This document shows positions 8,746 to 18,086 of a DNA stretch of 64,000 nt, one piece after another. The stretch is from Candidatus Dadabacteria bacterium UBA1144 (GTDB lineage Bacteria > Desulfobacterota_D > UBA1144): the NCBI GenBank assembly GCA_002311855.1, contig DCAB01000012.1, forward strand, positions 116,865-180,864. Direction: 5' to 3'. Within the stretch, counting starts at the first letter, position 1. The number at the start of each line of letters is the position of its first letter. A model generated the notes under the pieces. It did no database searches. It saw nothing but the letters and a program-made list of their open reading frames with translations, and had not been told where the DNA came from. The position numbers and the translations under genes are program-made.

Positions 8746-9670
8746 AATTATTGTGAATTTTGATCTCGTAATTCAGTTCAGTTCTAAAACCATTCTTTAA
8801 GAGAATACTATTGGCATCTAAAATATTGTTGGATTTGGAGACTAGTCTTGAAGAAAGAGAAATATATTTGAAAAGTTTTTTTGTATCCAAATAAAATGTA
8901 ATCTGTGACATAGGGTGAATCTCTATTTGGACTTTTCCTCTTCTGATATTCTCAACCCCCCTAACTCCTTCAAAAGCAAGGAGAGGAATGCGGCTTGCAT
9001 CAGTTTCGACTTTTTTAATAATTCTTTTCATAATAGAATAAGATTTCTTATTGATTCCACTGGAAGTCAAGAGGCCTCCATGTCGAGATATGATAGAAAG
9101 CGATTTGTCGATTTCTTCTGGTTTTAGTTCCCCGTCACTTCCGTATCCCAAGACACCAATAAAGGTCTCAACTTTCATACTAAGACGATTGAGAGCAGAA
9201 AGAAGTATGGAATCAGCCAAAGGGCTTGCCAATCCAGGCTCCTTACCTGTCGCTAAGATGTCTCCTCCCACATCAATACCAACAACCAAATCAATCTTGT
9301 TTTTTTGTGTAAAAAGAAAAATATCATCAGCTATCAATTTAGGACTATTGAATATATTAACTAGTATTACTTTTTCATTTAAAATATTCGAAACTTTTGA
9401 TTCACTAAAATACAATCCATCATATGTTCTCGTTTTTTTATCAGCCCAACATAAACTATCATTAATTTTTGTTTTATTAATAATTTGAGAAAATGGTCGG
9501 GGTCCAGGATATGGATCAATCGAATATCTTTCCCATGGTATGCCACCCAAAATACTTTTGATACCATAAGATTCTAAAAGAATCTTTGTTGGAATTGTAC
9601 CAACAATGTCGGCACCCCCTCCAATTCCAATTAACAATGCCTTTTTAATTTTCGAAAAAGATTTTTCCAT
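8735..9670 (-). CDS. DUF1152 family protein
   Basis: GIGGGAD, PWER, DVGGD, SPLADS, GYGSDGEL. Confidence 0.75.
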   Translation of the reverse strand: MEKSFSKIKKALLIGIGGGADIVGTIPTKILLESYGIKSILGGIPWERYSIDPYPGPRPFSQIINKTKINDSLCWADKKTRTYDGLYFSESKVSNILNEKVILVNIFNSPKLIADDIFLFTQKNKIDLVVGIDVGGDILATGKEPGLASPLADSILLSALNRLSMKVETFIGVLGYGSDGELKPEEIDKSLSIISRHGGLLTSSGINKKSYSIMKRIIKKVETDASRIPLLAFEGVRGVENIRRGKVQIEIHPMSQITFYLDTKKLFKYISLSSRLVSKSNNILDANSILLKNGFRTELNYEIKIHNNSSS

Positions 9671-9710
9671 GTATCTAATTAGGGTTATTATAACGTATCA
9701 AGGAGATATA

Positions 9711-11006
9711 ATGACAAAAGTTGCAGTTGAAGGGAATGATTTTTTATTTAAGGGGAGAATCAACGTTCCCGCTGATAAATCAATATCACACAGAGCTATT
9801 ATTGTGTCCTCTTTTCTCACTAAAGTGACAAAAATCACCAACCTTTTAATCTCAGAAGATGTAAAATCGACAATTAATTGCTTCTCCCAACTAGGTGTTG
9901 AGTTTAAAGAAATTAATGGAGATACTTGTGTTAAAGGGACCGGGATAAGAAATTATTTGCCTCCACAAAATGTTCTTCATTGTGGTAATTCCGGTACGAC
10001 GGCAAGGCTTCTGAGTGGAATACTAAGTGGGCAAAATTTTTCATCACAGCTTGATGGTGATTATTCATTAAGGAAAAGACCAATGGACAGAGTAAAAAAT
10101 CCACTAGAGGAAATGGGGGCAAAAATTTCAACCACTAATGGAAAATTACCTATAAATATATCTCCTGCTTCACTTAATGGTACAGAATTTAATATAAATC
10201 TTGGGTCAGCCCAAATTAAATCAGCAATAATATTTGCCGCACTTACCGCAAATAGCGAAACAAAATTCAGAGATAAGAAAAAATCCAGAGACCATACAGA
10301 AATAATGCTTTCTAATTGTACAGAAAATATCCGGATTGAAAATGATGCAATATACATTACACCAGATCCAGTTGTCGAACTGGGTGATATAGATGTCCCT
10401 AATGATCCATCATCTGCTGCTTTTTTTATAGTTGCAGGATTAATAAATCATGATTCTGAATTAATTTTCAAGAATCTATGTCTAAATCCCATGAGAATAG
10501 GGTTCATTAGAATATTGCAAACGATGGGTGCTGATATTGAAATTATGAATCTGGTTGAAAAAAGTGGTGAGAAAACAGGAGATATTGTCGTTAAAAGTAG
10601 CAAGTTAAAATCAATACAAGTTGTTGGAGAATCTATCCCCGCAATAATAGATGAAATTCCAATTCTGTGTCTTGCTTGTTCTTTAGCTGAGGGTGAATCA
10701 ATGATTTCCGGGGCTAAAGAATTAAGATTCAAAGAGTCTGACAGAATCAAAACTACCGTTACCGAACTTAAAAAATTGGGATGTGATATCGAAGAAATGA
10801 ACGACGGAATGAAAATTAGGGGGAAAGAAGAACTAAAAGGTGCACTTTGTGAGAGCCATGGGGATCACAGAATTGCGATGATGATCGCTATAGCTGGGAC
10901 TAAAGCGATTGGAAGAACTATTATCAAAAATGCTGAATGTGTATCAATATCATTTCCTAACTTTTTTGAATCATTAAAGGGGTTTAGAAAAAAAATACAA
11001 TCATGA
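9711..11006 (+). CDS. aroA: EPSP synthase
   Basis: DKSISHRA, GNSGTTARL, SAQIKSA, RDHTE, KESDRI, DHRIAM; AAGGAG SD before ATG 9711. Confidence 0.97.
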   Translation: MTKVAVEGNDFLFKGRINVPADKSISHRAIIVSSFLTKVTKITNLLISEDVKSTINCFSQLGVEFKEINGDTCVKGTGIRNYLPPQNVLHCGNSGTTARLLSGILSGQNFSSQLDGDYSLRKRPMDRVKNPLEEMGAKISTTNGKLPINISPASLNGTEFNINLGSAQIKSAIIFAALTANSETKFRDKKKSRDHTEIMLSNCTENIRIENDAIYITPDPVVELGDIDVPNDPSSAAFFIVAGLINHDSELIFKNLCLNPMRIGFIRILQTMGADIEIMNLVEKSGEKTGDIVVKSSKLKSIQVVGESIPAIIDEIPILCLACSLAEGESMISGAKELRFKESDRIKTTVTELKKLGCDIEEMNDGMKIRGKEELKGALCESHGDHRIAMMIAIAGTKAIGRTIIKNAECVSISFPNFFESLKGFRKKIQS

Positions 11007-11665
11007 TTATAACGATAGATGGCCCATCCGGGGTTGGAAAGGGAACCATAGCAAGAATCACTTCAGAATCTGTGGGATTTAATTATTTAGATTCCGGAGC
11101 TATGTATAGAGCTTTAGCCCTTTTTGCGGATTTACATGGCATACAAAAAGAGGACGATAAAAGATTGAAAAAACTTTTAATTGATTTTCACATAAGATTT
11201 ATCAAAGAAGATGGCAAGGAAAAAGTTTTTATAAATTCAGACGATGTAACTGAGGATATTAGAACAAATGAGATATCTACTCTCGCTTCCAAATTCGCCG
11301 TGAATGAAACCATAAGAGGAGTTCTAAGACAAATGCAAAGGAGGTTGGTCAAAAATAAAAATTATGTTGCCGAAGGAAGAGATATGGGAACATATGTATT
11401 TCCAGGTGCAGAATATAAATTTTATTTAGATGCTGATCCAGCAATTAGAGCAAATAGAAGGGCTCTGCAACTAAAAGAAATGCTAGGTATCAATATAAAT
11501 GAAACAAAAGTTTTAGAAGAGATTACCAAAAGAGATAAACTGGATATGACAAGAAGTGTGTGCCCCTTGCATCCAGCTGATGATGCTGTGATAATAGACA
11601 CATCTATTCTTAGCATCGACGATGTGGTTAAGAAAGTAGAATCGGTAGTGAAAAACAATGCCTAA
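11003..11665 (+). CDS. cmk: cytidylate kinase
   Basis: IDGPSGVGKGT, LDSGAMYRA, EGRDMGT. Confidence 0.97.
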   Translation: MIITIDGPSGVGKGTIARITSESVGFNYLDSGAMYRALALFADLHGIQKEDDKRLKKLLIDFHIRFIKEDGKEKVFINSDDVTEDIRTNEISTLASKFAVNETIRGVLRQMQRRLVKNKNYVAEGRDMGTYVFPGAEYKFYLDADPAIRANRRALQLKEMLGININETKVLEEITKRDKLDMTRSVCPLHPADDAVIIDTSILSIDDVVKKVESVVKNNA

Positions 11666-12512
11666 GAAGTTAATAATTGCGGATAGTGCCGGTGTTTGTT
11701 TCGGCGTAGAAGAAGCCGTCTCAACGGCAGAGAAGATCCTTGATGAAAATAATAATGTAGAAGTTAAATCATTTGGCCCCCTGATTCATAATCCTCAAAT
11801 GGTTGATATTCTTAACAAGAAAGGGCTTTCCGTAATTAATGAAATTAAAAAGAATGAAAAGGGAACAGTGATTATTAGAGCACACGGTATTCCGAATTAT
11901 GAGGAGAAAAATCTAAAAGAATCTTCCCTGAACGTTGTAGACATGACATGCCCAATAGTAAAGAAATTGCAGTTTGCCGTTAAATCTTTGTCTGATAATG
12001 GTTATTTTGTTTTGATTGTTGGAAATGAAAATCATCCAGAGATAATTGGCGCAAAAAGTTACGCCAACGACAATTGTCTAGTTATCAAAGATAAAAATGA
12101 ACTAAACAAGAAAGCTTTAAAATCAAAAAAAATCGGAATAGTTGCCCAAACAACCATTCCAATAGAAACTTTCTGGGATGTTGTTGGAATATTGAAAACT
12201 TTCCAAGATTATGAAATCAAAATTATTGATACACTATGTGACGACATTCACAATAAACAAAAGGAGTCAAAAGAAATTGCAAAAGATGTGGATATAATGT
12301 TAGTAATTGGTGGGAAAAATAGTTCAAATACCAAAGAGATAGCCACATTATGTAGACAAATGAATTCACGTACATATCAGATAGAAACATTTGAAGAAAT
12401 ACGGGAGCTCAATCTTGACTTAAAAGATAAAATTGTTGGAATCAGTGCTGGCGCATCAACTCCCCCTTGGCTTATTAAGCAAACAATCGATGAAGTACTC
12501 CTTTGGGAATGA
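11658..12512 (+). CDS. ispH: 4-hydroxy-3-methylbut-2-enyl diphosphate reductase
   Basis: GVCFGV, IHN, RAHG, DMTCP, AQTT, TLC, SSNT, AGASTP. Confidence 0.95.
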   Translation: MPKKLIIADSAGVCFGVEEAVSTAEKILDENNNVEVKSFGPLIHNPQMVDILNKKGLSVINEIKKNEKGTVIIRAHGIPNYEEKNLKESSLNVVDMTCPIVKKLQFAVKSLSDNGYFVLIVGNENHPEIIGAKSYANDNCLVIKDKNELNKKALKSKKIGIVAQTTIPIETFWDVVGILKTFQDYEIKIIDTLCDDIHNKQKESKEIAKDVDIMLVIGGKNSSNTKEIATLCRQMNSRTYQIETFEEIRELNLDLKDKIVGISAGASTPPWLIKQTIDEVLLWE

Positions 12513-12513
12513 T

Positions 12514-13371
12514 ATGAAAGTTCCTATGAAAATATTTAATTTAAAAAATATATTAATTTTCCTGGTTGTTGCTTTCTTCGCTTATAGTGCATTGGAAACA
12601 ATTAATCCAACTAATAAAATTGCCGTATTAGAAATATATGGTGTCATCAAGAATCCCAAAAAATATCTAGAGAGTATAGAAAAAATCAAAGAAGATAAAT
12701 CGATTAAAGCCTTGATCGTAAGAATTGACTCTCCAGGAGGTACCGTTGGATCTTCTCAAGAGATATACAATTCTTTAATGAATCTAAATAATTTTATGCC
12801 TGTCGTGTCGAGTATTGTAGATATCGGAGCTTCAGGTGGGTACTTAGTAGCTTGCGGTACTTCCTACATTTTTGCAAACTCAGGATCTATAACTGGAAGT
12901 ATAGGCGTTATTAGTCAATACTACGACGCCTCAGAATTAATAAAATTTTTAAAGTTTAAGGTTGAGGTTATCAAATCCGGTCAATTAAAAGATATAGGAA
13001 GCCCCCTCAAAAAACTTGATGATAATGAAAGAAAACTCCTTAATGAATTAATCAAAGATGTTCACCGTCAATTTGAATTGGTGGTGAAAGAAAGAAGAAA
13101 ACTTACGGATACCGAAATCGAAAAAATATCAGATGGAAGAATTTTCTCTGGCAATCAGGCTTTGGCATTGAAGCTAATTGATGCAATAGGAGGCTTAGAA
13201 TCAGCGAAAGCATATGTTGAGAAGAATATAGATCTTTATGATTTAAAATTAGAGTATTTCCCAAGAAAAAAAAGAAAATTAATTGACAGGATTATACCTT
13301 TATTGAATGGCGAGAGTTTGGGAACAAATTTTGCAAAAAAACTTTATTATCTTTATAGCCCAAATTTCTAA
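12514..13371 (+). CDS. sppA: signal peptide peptidase SppA (S49)
   Basis: RIDSPGG, ASGGY, TGSIGV, DGRIFSG. Confidence 0.93.
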   Translation: MKVPMKIFNLKNILIFLVVAFFAYSALETINPTNKIAVLEIYGVIKNPKKYLESIEKIKEDKSIKALIVRIDSPGGTVGSSQEIYNSLMNLNNFMPVVSSIVDIGASGGYLVACGTSYIFANSGSITGSIGVISQYYDASELIKFLKFKVEVIKSGQLKDIGSPLKKLDDNERKLLNELIKDVHRQFELVVKERRKLTDTEIEKISDGRIFSGNQALALKLIDAIGGLESAKAYVEKNIDLYDLKLEYFPRKKRKLIDRIIPLLNGESLGTNFAKKLYYLYSPNF

Positions 13372-13392
13372 ATATGTTAAACTCAATTCATC

Positions 13393-13686
13393 ATGATTAA
13401 GGCTATATCCGTATCTATACTATTCATACTGGTCATAGCATTTGTTTTCCAAAACCAGGAAATTTTTCTACACGAGTTTCTTATAGCTTACGATATAAAG
13501 ATAAGTTCGTTTGACAATAAATCTGTAAGTAATTCTTTGTTGCTTGCAGGTTCATTCTTATTAGGTGTTGTGATTTGCTTAGTGTCAATAGGATTGAGTT
13601 CAATATCCAAAAGTGTCGAAATCAATGAACTTAAGAAAAAAATTAATACACTAGAGAAGGCGGCTCTTTCTAAAGAGGTTAAATAA
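13393..13686 (+). CDS. LapA-like membrane protein
   Basis: Two TM segments with F..QN after TM1 and a coiled-coil tail; position after sppA. Confidence 0.65.
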   Translation: MIKAISVSILFILVIAFVFQNQEIFLHEFLIAYDIKISSFDNKSVSNSLLLAGSFLLGVVICLVSIGLSSISKSVEINELKKKINTLEKAALSKEVK

Positions 13687-13690
13687 AAAA

Positions 13691-14623
13691 TTGATTAGAA
13701 AACCAAATTGGATAAAAAGTCCAATACCAATTGGTAACAATTTTACAAATTTGAAAAAACTTGTATTAAAAAATAAATTACATACTGTCTGTCAAGAAGC
13801 TAAATGTCCTAATTTAGGTGAGTGTTGGAATCTAGGAACTCTAACGTTTATGATCTTAGGTGACACTTGTACAAGAAGCTGTGGGTTCTGTGCTGTTAAA
13901 ACTGGACAAGGCGGGACAATCGATTATTTAGAACCCAAAAGACTATCGAGAGGAATTTTAAATTTAAAAAGAAATAATAATCTTCTTAATCATATAGTTC
14001 TAACTTCGGTCAATAGAGATGATAAAAATTTAGAAAGTGCGAAAGTTTTTTTTGACTGCATAGACGAAATTAGAAATCTAAATTTACAGATCAAAATTGA
14101 AGTACTTATCCCCGATTTTCTTGGAAATAAAAAAGCTTATGAAATAATTACCAAAGCAGAGCCTGATGTATTGAATCACAATATAGAGACAGTTAAACGT
14201 CTATATCATCTTAACCAAAAAACTGGCACCTTGCTAAAAAGATCCGTTAGACCACAAGGGAGCTATGAGCGCTCAATTGAACTATTAAAATACTTTAAAA
14301 ATCATTCGGATTCTGTCATCAAGTCAGGAATCATGGTTGGATTAGGTGAAGATGAAGATGAAATTTTTGAATCCATAGATGACCTCAACAATGCTGGTTG
14401 TGACCTAATAACAGTTGGACAATATTTACAACCCACTATAGAACATATAAATGTATCCAAATTTTACTCACTCGAGCAATTCGAGAAAATAAAACAATAT
14501 GCTGAAAACAAATTGAATATAAAATCAGCAGAATGTGGCCCAATGGTGAGAAGTTCATATCATGCGGAAACACAATTAAAAAAGATTATGGATAATACAT
14601 CGCAAGAAAGGGGAACAGGTTGA
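13691..14623 (+). CDS. lipA: lipoyl synthase
   Basis: CQEAKCPNLGEC, CTRSCGFC, NHNIETV, RSSYHA. Confidence 0.97.
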   Translation: MIRKPNWIKSPIPIGNNFTNLKKLVLKNKLHTVCQEAKCPNLGECWNLGTLTFMILGDTCTRSCGFCAVKTGQGGTIDYLEPKRLSRGILNLKRNNNLLNHIVLTSVNRDDKNLESAKVFFDCIDEIRNLNLQIKIEVLIPDFLGNKKAYEIITKAEPDVLNHNIETVKRLYHLNQKTGTLLKRSVRPQGSYERSIELLKYFKNHSDSVIKSGIMVGLGEDEDEIFESIDDLNNAGCDLITVGQYLQPTIEHINVSKFYSLEQFEKIKQYAENKLNIKSAECGPMVRSSYHAETQLKKIMDNTSQERGTG

Positions 14624-15819
14624 AATATGTTTTAGTACAAGCCGATGGTATGCCAGATAGGCCGATAAAAGAATTAAACAACAAAACACCTTTAGAATTT
14701 GCTGATACCGTTACTATTGATAATTTAGTAACAAATTCTATTATTGGTGCAGTAAATCATATACCAAAAGGACTGAAATCTGGTAGCGACGTAGGGAACT
14801 TAAGTATATTAGGTTACAATCCAAAAAATTTCTTCACAGGAAGATCCCCCCTTGAAGCATCTGGTATGGGTATAGATTTAAATGAAGAAGATGCAGCTTA
14901 TAGATGCAATCTCGTAAACATAGTTTCGAACAACAAAGAAAAAATAATGGATGATTATTCGGCAGGTCATATCGATGATTCAATTGCCAGAAAAGTCATC
15001 AATTTTTTGCAAGAAGGCATAGACAACGAGGAATTCAAATTCTTTCCTGGAGTAAGCTATCGACATCTTCTTGTATGGAAAAAAGGTGATACATCTCCGA
15101 TTACCGTACCTCCGCACGATATTCTAGGAAAAAATATCTCTGATTTTCTTCCACAGGGAAGTAGCTCAGAAAAACTCAATAAATTAATGGGAACGGCAAG
15201 AGAAAAAATTGCAGAATTCAAAAAATTAAATAAGGAATATAGGAATTTACCATTTAATAATATTTGGTTGTGGGGTCAAGGCAGAAAGAACATTCTTCCT
15301 AGTTTTGAATCAATAAATCAAATCTCAGGTTCAATTATTTCAGCAGTTAATCTAGTAAAGGGAATTGGCAAATGTGCAGGGCTAGATGTAATTGTCGTTA
15401 AAGGAGCAACCGGGTATTTGGATACAAACTATAGTGGGAAAGTCCAAGCCGTCTTAGATAGTCTACAAAAGCATGATTTTAGTATGATTCATATTGAGGC
15501 TCCCGATGAAACTGGTCACGATGGAGATTATGTAAACAAAGTTCAAGCAATTAATGATTTAGATAGAAAGGTTATTAATCCATTGATAAAGAATCTAAAG
15601 AAAAAATTTAAAGAATTTAAAATCTGTATAGTTTCTGATCATCCTACTCCAATTGAATTAAGAACTCATAGTTATGAATATGTTCCATTCATGATTTACG
15701 ATTCCAGAAAATCCATAAGTAATCATAATCAAAACACATTCAATGAAAAAACCGTAATTAGGTCAGATTTGGTTATTGAGGATGGATTTACTTTATTAGG
15801 GAGATTTCTCAAGGATTAA
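14620..15819 (+). CDS. apgM: cofactor-independent phosphoglycerate mutase, ApgM type
   Basis: DGMPD, GSDV (catalytic Ser), GRSPLEA, YRCNLV, GVSYRH, EAPDETGH, SDHPTP; TTGA overlap with lipA. Confidence 0.88.
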   Translation: MKYVLVQADGMPDRPIKELNNKTPLEFADTVTIDNLVTNSIIGAVNHIPKGLKSGSDVGNLSILGYNPKNFFTGRSPLEASGMGIDLNEEDAAYRCNLVNIVSNNKEKIMDDYSAGHIDDSIARKVINFLQEGIDNEEFKFFPGVSYRHLLVWKKGDTSPITVPPHDILGKNISDFLPQGSSSEKLNKLMGTAREKIAEFKKLNKEYRNLPFNNIWLWGQGRKNILPSFESINQISGSIISAVNLVKGIGKCAGLDVIVVKGATGYLDTNYSGKVQAVLDSLQKHDFSMIHIEAPDETGHDGDYVNKVQAINDLDRKVINPLIKNLKKKFKEFKICIVSDHPTPIELRTHSYEYVPFMIYDSRKSISNHNQNTFNEKTVIRSDLVIEDGFTLLGRFLKD

Positions 15820-16560
15820 TTTTGCCTTTTTCCATATCTCTTCATCAGATAAATCTATAAATTTTTTTCTTAAATCTATAAACAATGTGGCTCTCTTCAA
15901 AAATTTATCCGAGCTTTTATTTAAAGCAATTTCAGGGTTAATATCTTTTTTTCTACACAAATTTGCAACGGTAAAAAGAATATCCCCAATTTCTTCCTCG
16001 ATTAACGGTTTATCCTTTTTTTCAACAGCTTCTTTGAATTCTTTTATCTCATCAAGTAGAACTTGCAACACCTTTTCGGAAGAATCCCACTCAAGGCCCG
16101 ACTTTGCAAATGCTTTCGATATATCTATTGCTCGAATCAGTGAGGGAGATGATTTTAAAAACTCTTTTTTGTGGATTTTTCCTTCTTTGATCTTTTCTTG
16201 ATTCCAAATATATTTAGCTTCCTCAGAATCTCTAGCCACCTTATCGCCGAATACATGCGGGTGTCTTCTAATCAATTTTTCAGATAAATCATTGACTGCA
16301 TCCTCTAAAGTAAACAGAGTTTTTTCTTCTGCTATATTTGATACGAATAATATCTGTAGTAAAAGATCCCCTATCTCTTCTTTTAAATTTTGATAATCTT
16401 TAGAGTCTATCGCCTCTAACACTTCATATGATTCTTCTATGATATGTAATTTCAGAGATTCAAAATTTTGTTTTCTATCCCAAGGACAACCCTCCTCGCT
16501 CCTTAGTTTCTTTGTGATTTTCAAAAGTCGATTAAAACTTTGTTCAAACAAATTTGTCAA
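15796..16560 (-). CDS. mazG: nucleoside triphosphate pyrophosphohydrolase
   Basis: GCPWDRKQ, EESYE, EEIGDLLLQ, RRHPHVF, second EEIGD domain. Confidence 0.95.
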   Translation of the reverse strand: MTNLFEQSFNRLLKITKKLRSEEGCPWDRKQNFESLKLHIIEESYEVLEAIDSKDYQNLKEEIGDLLLQILFVSNIAEEKTLFTLEDAVNDLSEKLIRRHPHVFGDKVARDSEEAKYIWNQEKIKEGKIHKKEFLKSSPSLIRAIDISKAFAKSGLEWDSSEKVLQVLLDEIKEFKEAVEKKDKPLIEEEIGDILFTVANLCRKKDINPEIALNKSSDKFLKRATLFIDLRKKFIDLSDEEIWKKAKLILEKSP

Positions 16561-16564
16561 ACTA

Positions 16565-17674
16565 TTAAATCTTGAGAAATTTTGGAAATTTTGTTAAATT
16601 TTTATAACCATTTTTGGTCACTAAAATCGTATCCTCAATTCTTACTCCTCCAAGTTTTTTGTAATAAAGTCCTGGTTCAACAGTTACAACATAGTTTTCT
16701 TTTAGGATATCCCTACCTTTGGAAATTCTTGGAGGTTCATGTATATCTAAGCCCAAACCATGGCCAGTTGAATGTATAAAACCTTGTGGTGTTTTCTTCC
16801 CATAATCTGTTTGGTATCCGGACTCTTGAAAGAATCTAAATATTGCGTCATGAACCATATCGCATTTAATTCCAGATCTTATCAAAGATAGGCCTAATTT
16901 TTGAGCTTCAAAAACTGCATTATAGAGATTCTTTAATTCTTGGTTTGGAGATCCTTTGACTACAGTTCTTGTTATATCAGCAAAATATCCAGTTTCAATA
17001 TCTCTTGGAAAAATATCAATAACAATAGGTTGGTTTTCTTTAATCGGTCCAGATCCCTGATGATGAGGCAATGCGGATTCTTTGCCACATGCAATAATAC
17101 AATCTGGACATTCAAGTCCTAGGGATACTAGTTCTTTCTGACATAGTTTCCTTAGATATTCTGATGTTAAAATTTTTCCATCGTTATACAGATTTTGTTT
17201 TCTGGGTTTTGAATATTTTATTTTATCAATTACTAATTTCATAATTGATTCCGTAGATCTCATAACATTAGAAATAAATTTAATCTCTTTTTTTGTTTTG
17301 GTAACCCTAGAATTAAAAAAAATTGGTGATTCAGATGGTCTTATTTTAATTTTTGAATTTGATATTCTTCTAAAGATGAAAGAAGGAAAATTATATGGAA
17401 CTTCCAATTCTTTGACCTTAAACTTTAATAATATGTGATTAATTATTTTAGTTATTTCATTGCTTTTAATACTTTTAGAAATTTCCCTTAGAGATAGAAT
17501 TTTATCGACTTTTTTCTCCCTGATTCCTCGTTCCATCTCTAAATCATTCAGAATTAGGTATGTTTTGTTTTTGTACTCAAAAAATATTACTGGATCTGGG
17601 ATCTTGAAAGCAGTTTTATAAAACAAATCAGATGAATTTCTAGTATCATCGTAAATTAATTTCATGACATTCAT
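16565..17674 (-). CDS. Xaa-Pro aminopeptidase (M24 family)
   Basis: D...ADITRT, HSTGHGLGLDIHE, TVEPGLY, GVRIED. Confidence 0.92.
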   Translation of the reverse strand: MNVMKLIYDDTRNSSDLFYKTAFKIPDPVIFFEYKNKTYLILNDLEMERGIREKKVDKILSLREISKSIKSNEITKIINHILLKFKVKELEVPYNFPSFIFRRISNSKIKIRPSESPIFFNSRVTKTKKEIKFISNVMRSTESIMKLVIDKIKYSKPRKQNLYNDGKILTSEYLRKLCQKELVSLGLECPDCIIACGKESALPHHQGSGPIKENQPIVIDIFPRDIETGYFADITRTVVKGSPNQELKNLYNAVFEAQKLGLSLIRSGIKCDMVHDAIFRFFQESGYQTDYGKKTPQGFIHSTGHGLGLDIHEPPRISKGRDILKENYVVTVEPGLYYKKLGGVRIEDTILVTKNGYKNLTKFPKFLKI

Positions 17675-17750
17675 TTATTCAGTAATATACAGTATCTATA
17701 AGCAAACAAAAATATAATTGCCACAGTCAGTTATTTTGTTTAGTATATAT

Positions 17751-18080
17751 ATGTCGATGTTCAATATTAGTGAAAAAGCAGCTGGTGAGATTTATAGATT
17801 GCTATCGGAAGAAGATATGCCTAGTGGTTTCTTAAGGGTTAGAGTAGTCCCTGGTGGTTGTTCGGGTTTTTCTTATGAGATGGGTTTTGACGATAAAATA
17901 GATGATACCGATCAGATTTTCGAGGAACTTAACGTTAAAGTAGTGATTGATAAATTTAGTTTCGATCACCTGGATGGTGGTATATTGAATTTCTCAGATG
18001 GTATCAATGGTACAGGGTTTGGAATCGAAAATCCAAATGCTAAGGCCTCCTGTGGCTGTGGCTCTTCTTTCACCGTTTAA
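17751..18080 (+). CDS. HesB/IscA/ErpA family Fe-S carrier
   Basis: GGCSGFSY, NPNAKASCGCGSSF. Confidence 0.95.
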   Translation: MSMFNISEKAAGEIYRLLSEEDMPSGFLRVRVVPGGCSGFSYEMGFDDKIDDTDQIFEELNVKVVIDKFSFDHLDGGILNFSDGINGTGFGIENPNAKASCGCGSSFTV

Positions 18081-18086
18081 AGAAAA

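Noticed and set aside
9051-9488. 145-aa antisense ORF in the DUF1152 gene, and similar antisense ORFs such as 60125-60565, 23725-24087, 62165-62509 and 63536-63850
   Set aside because: Fully antisense to well-supported genes, with Ser/Ile/Phe-rich shadow composition and no SD or motifs
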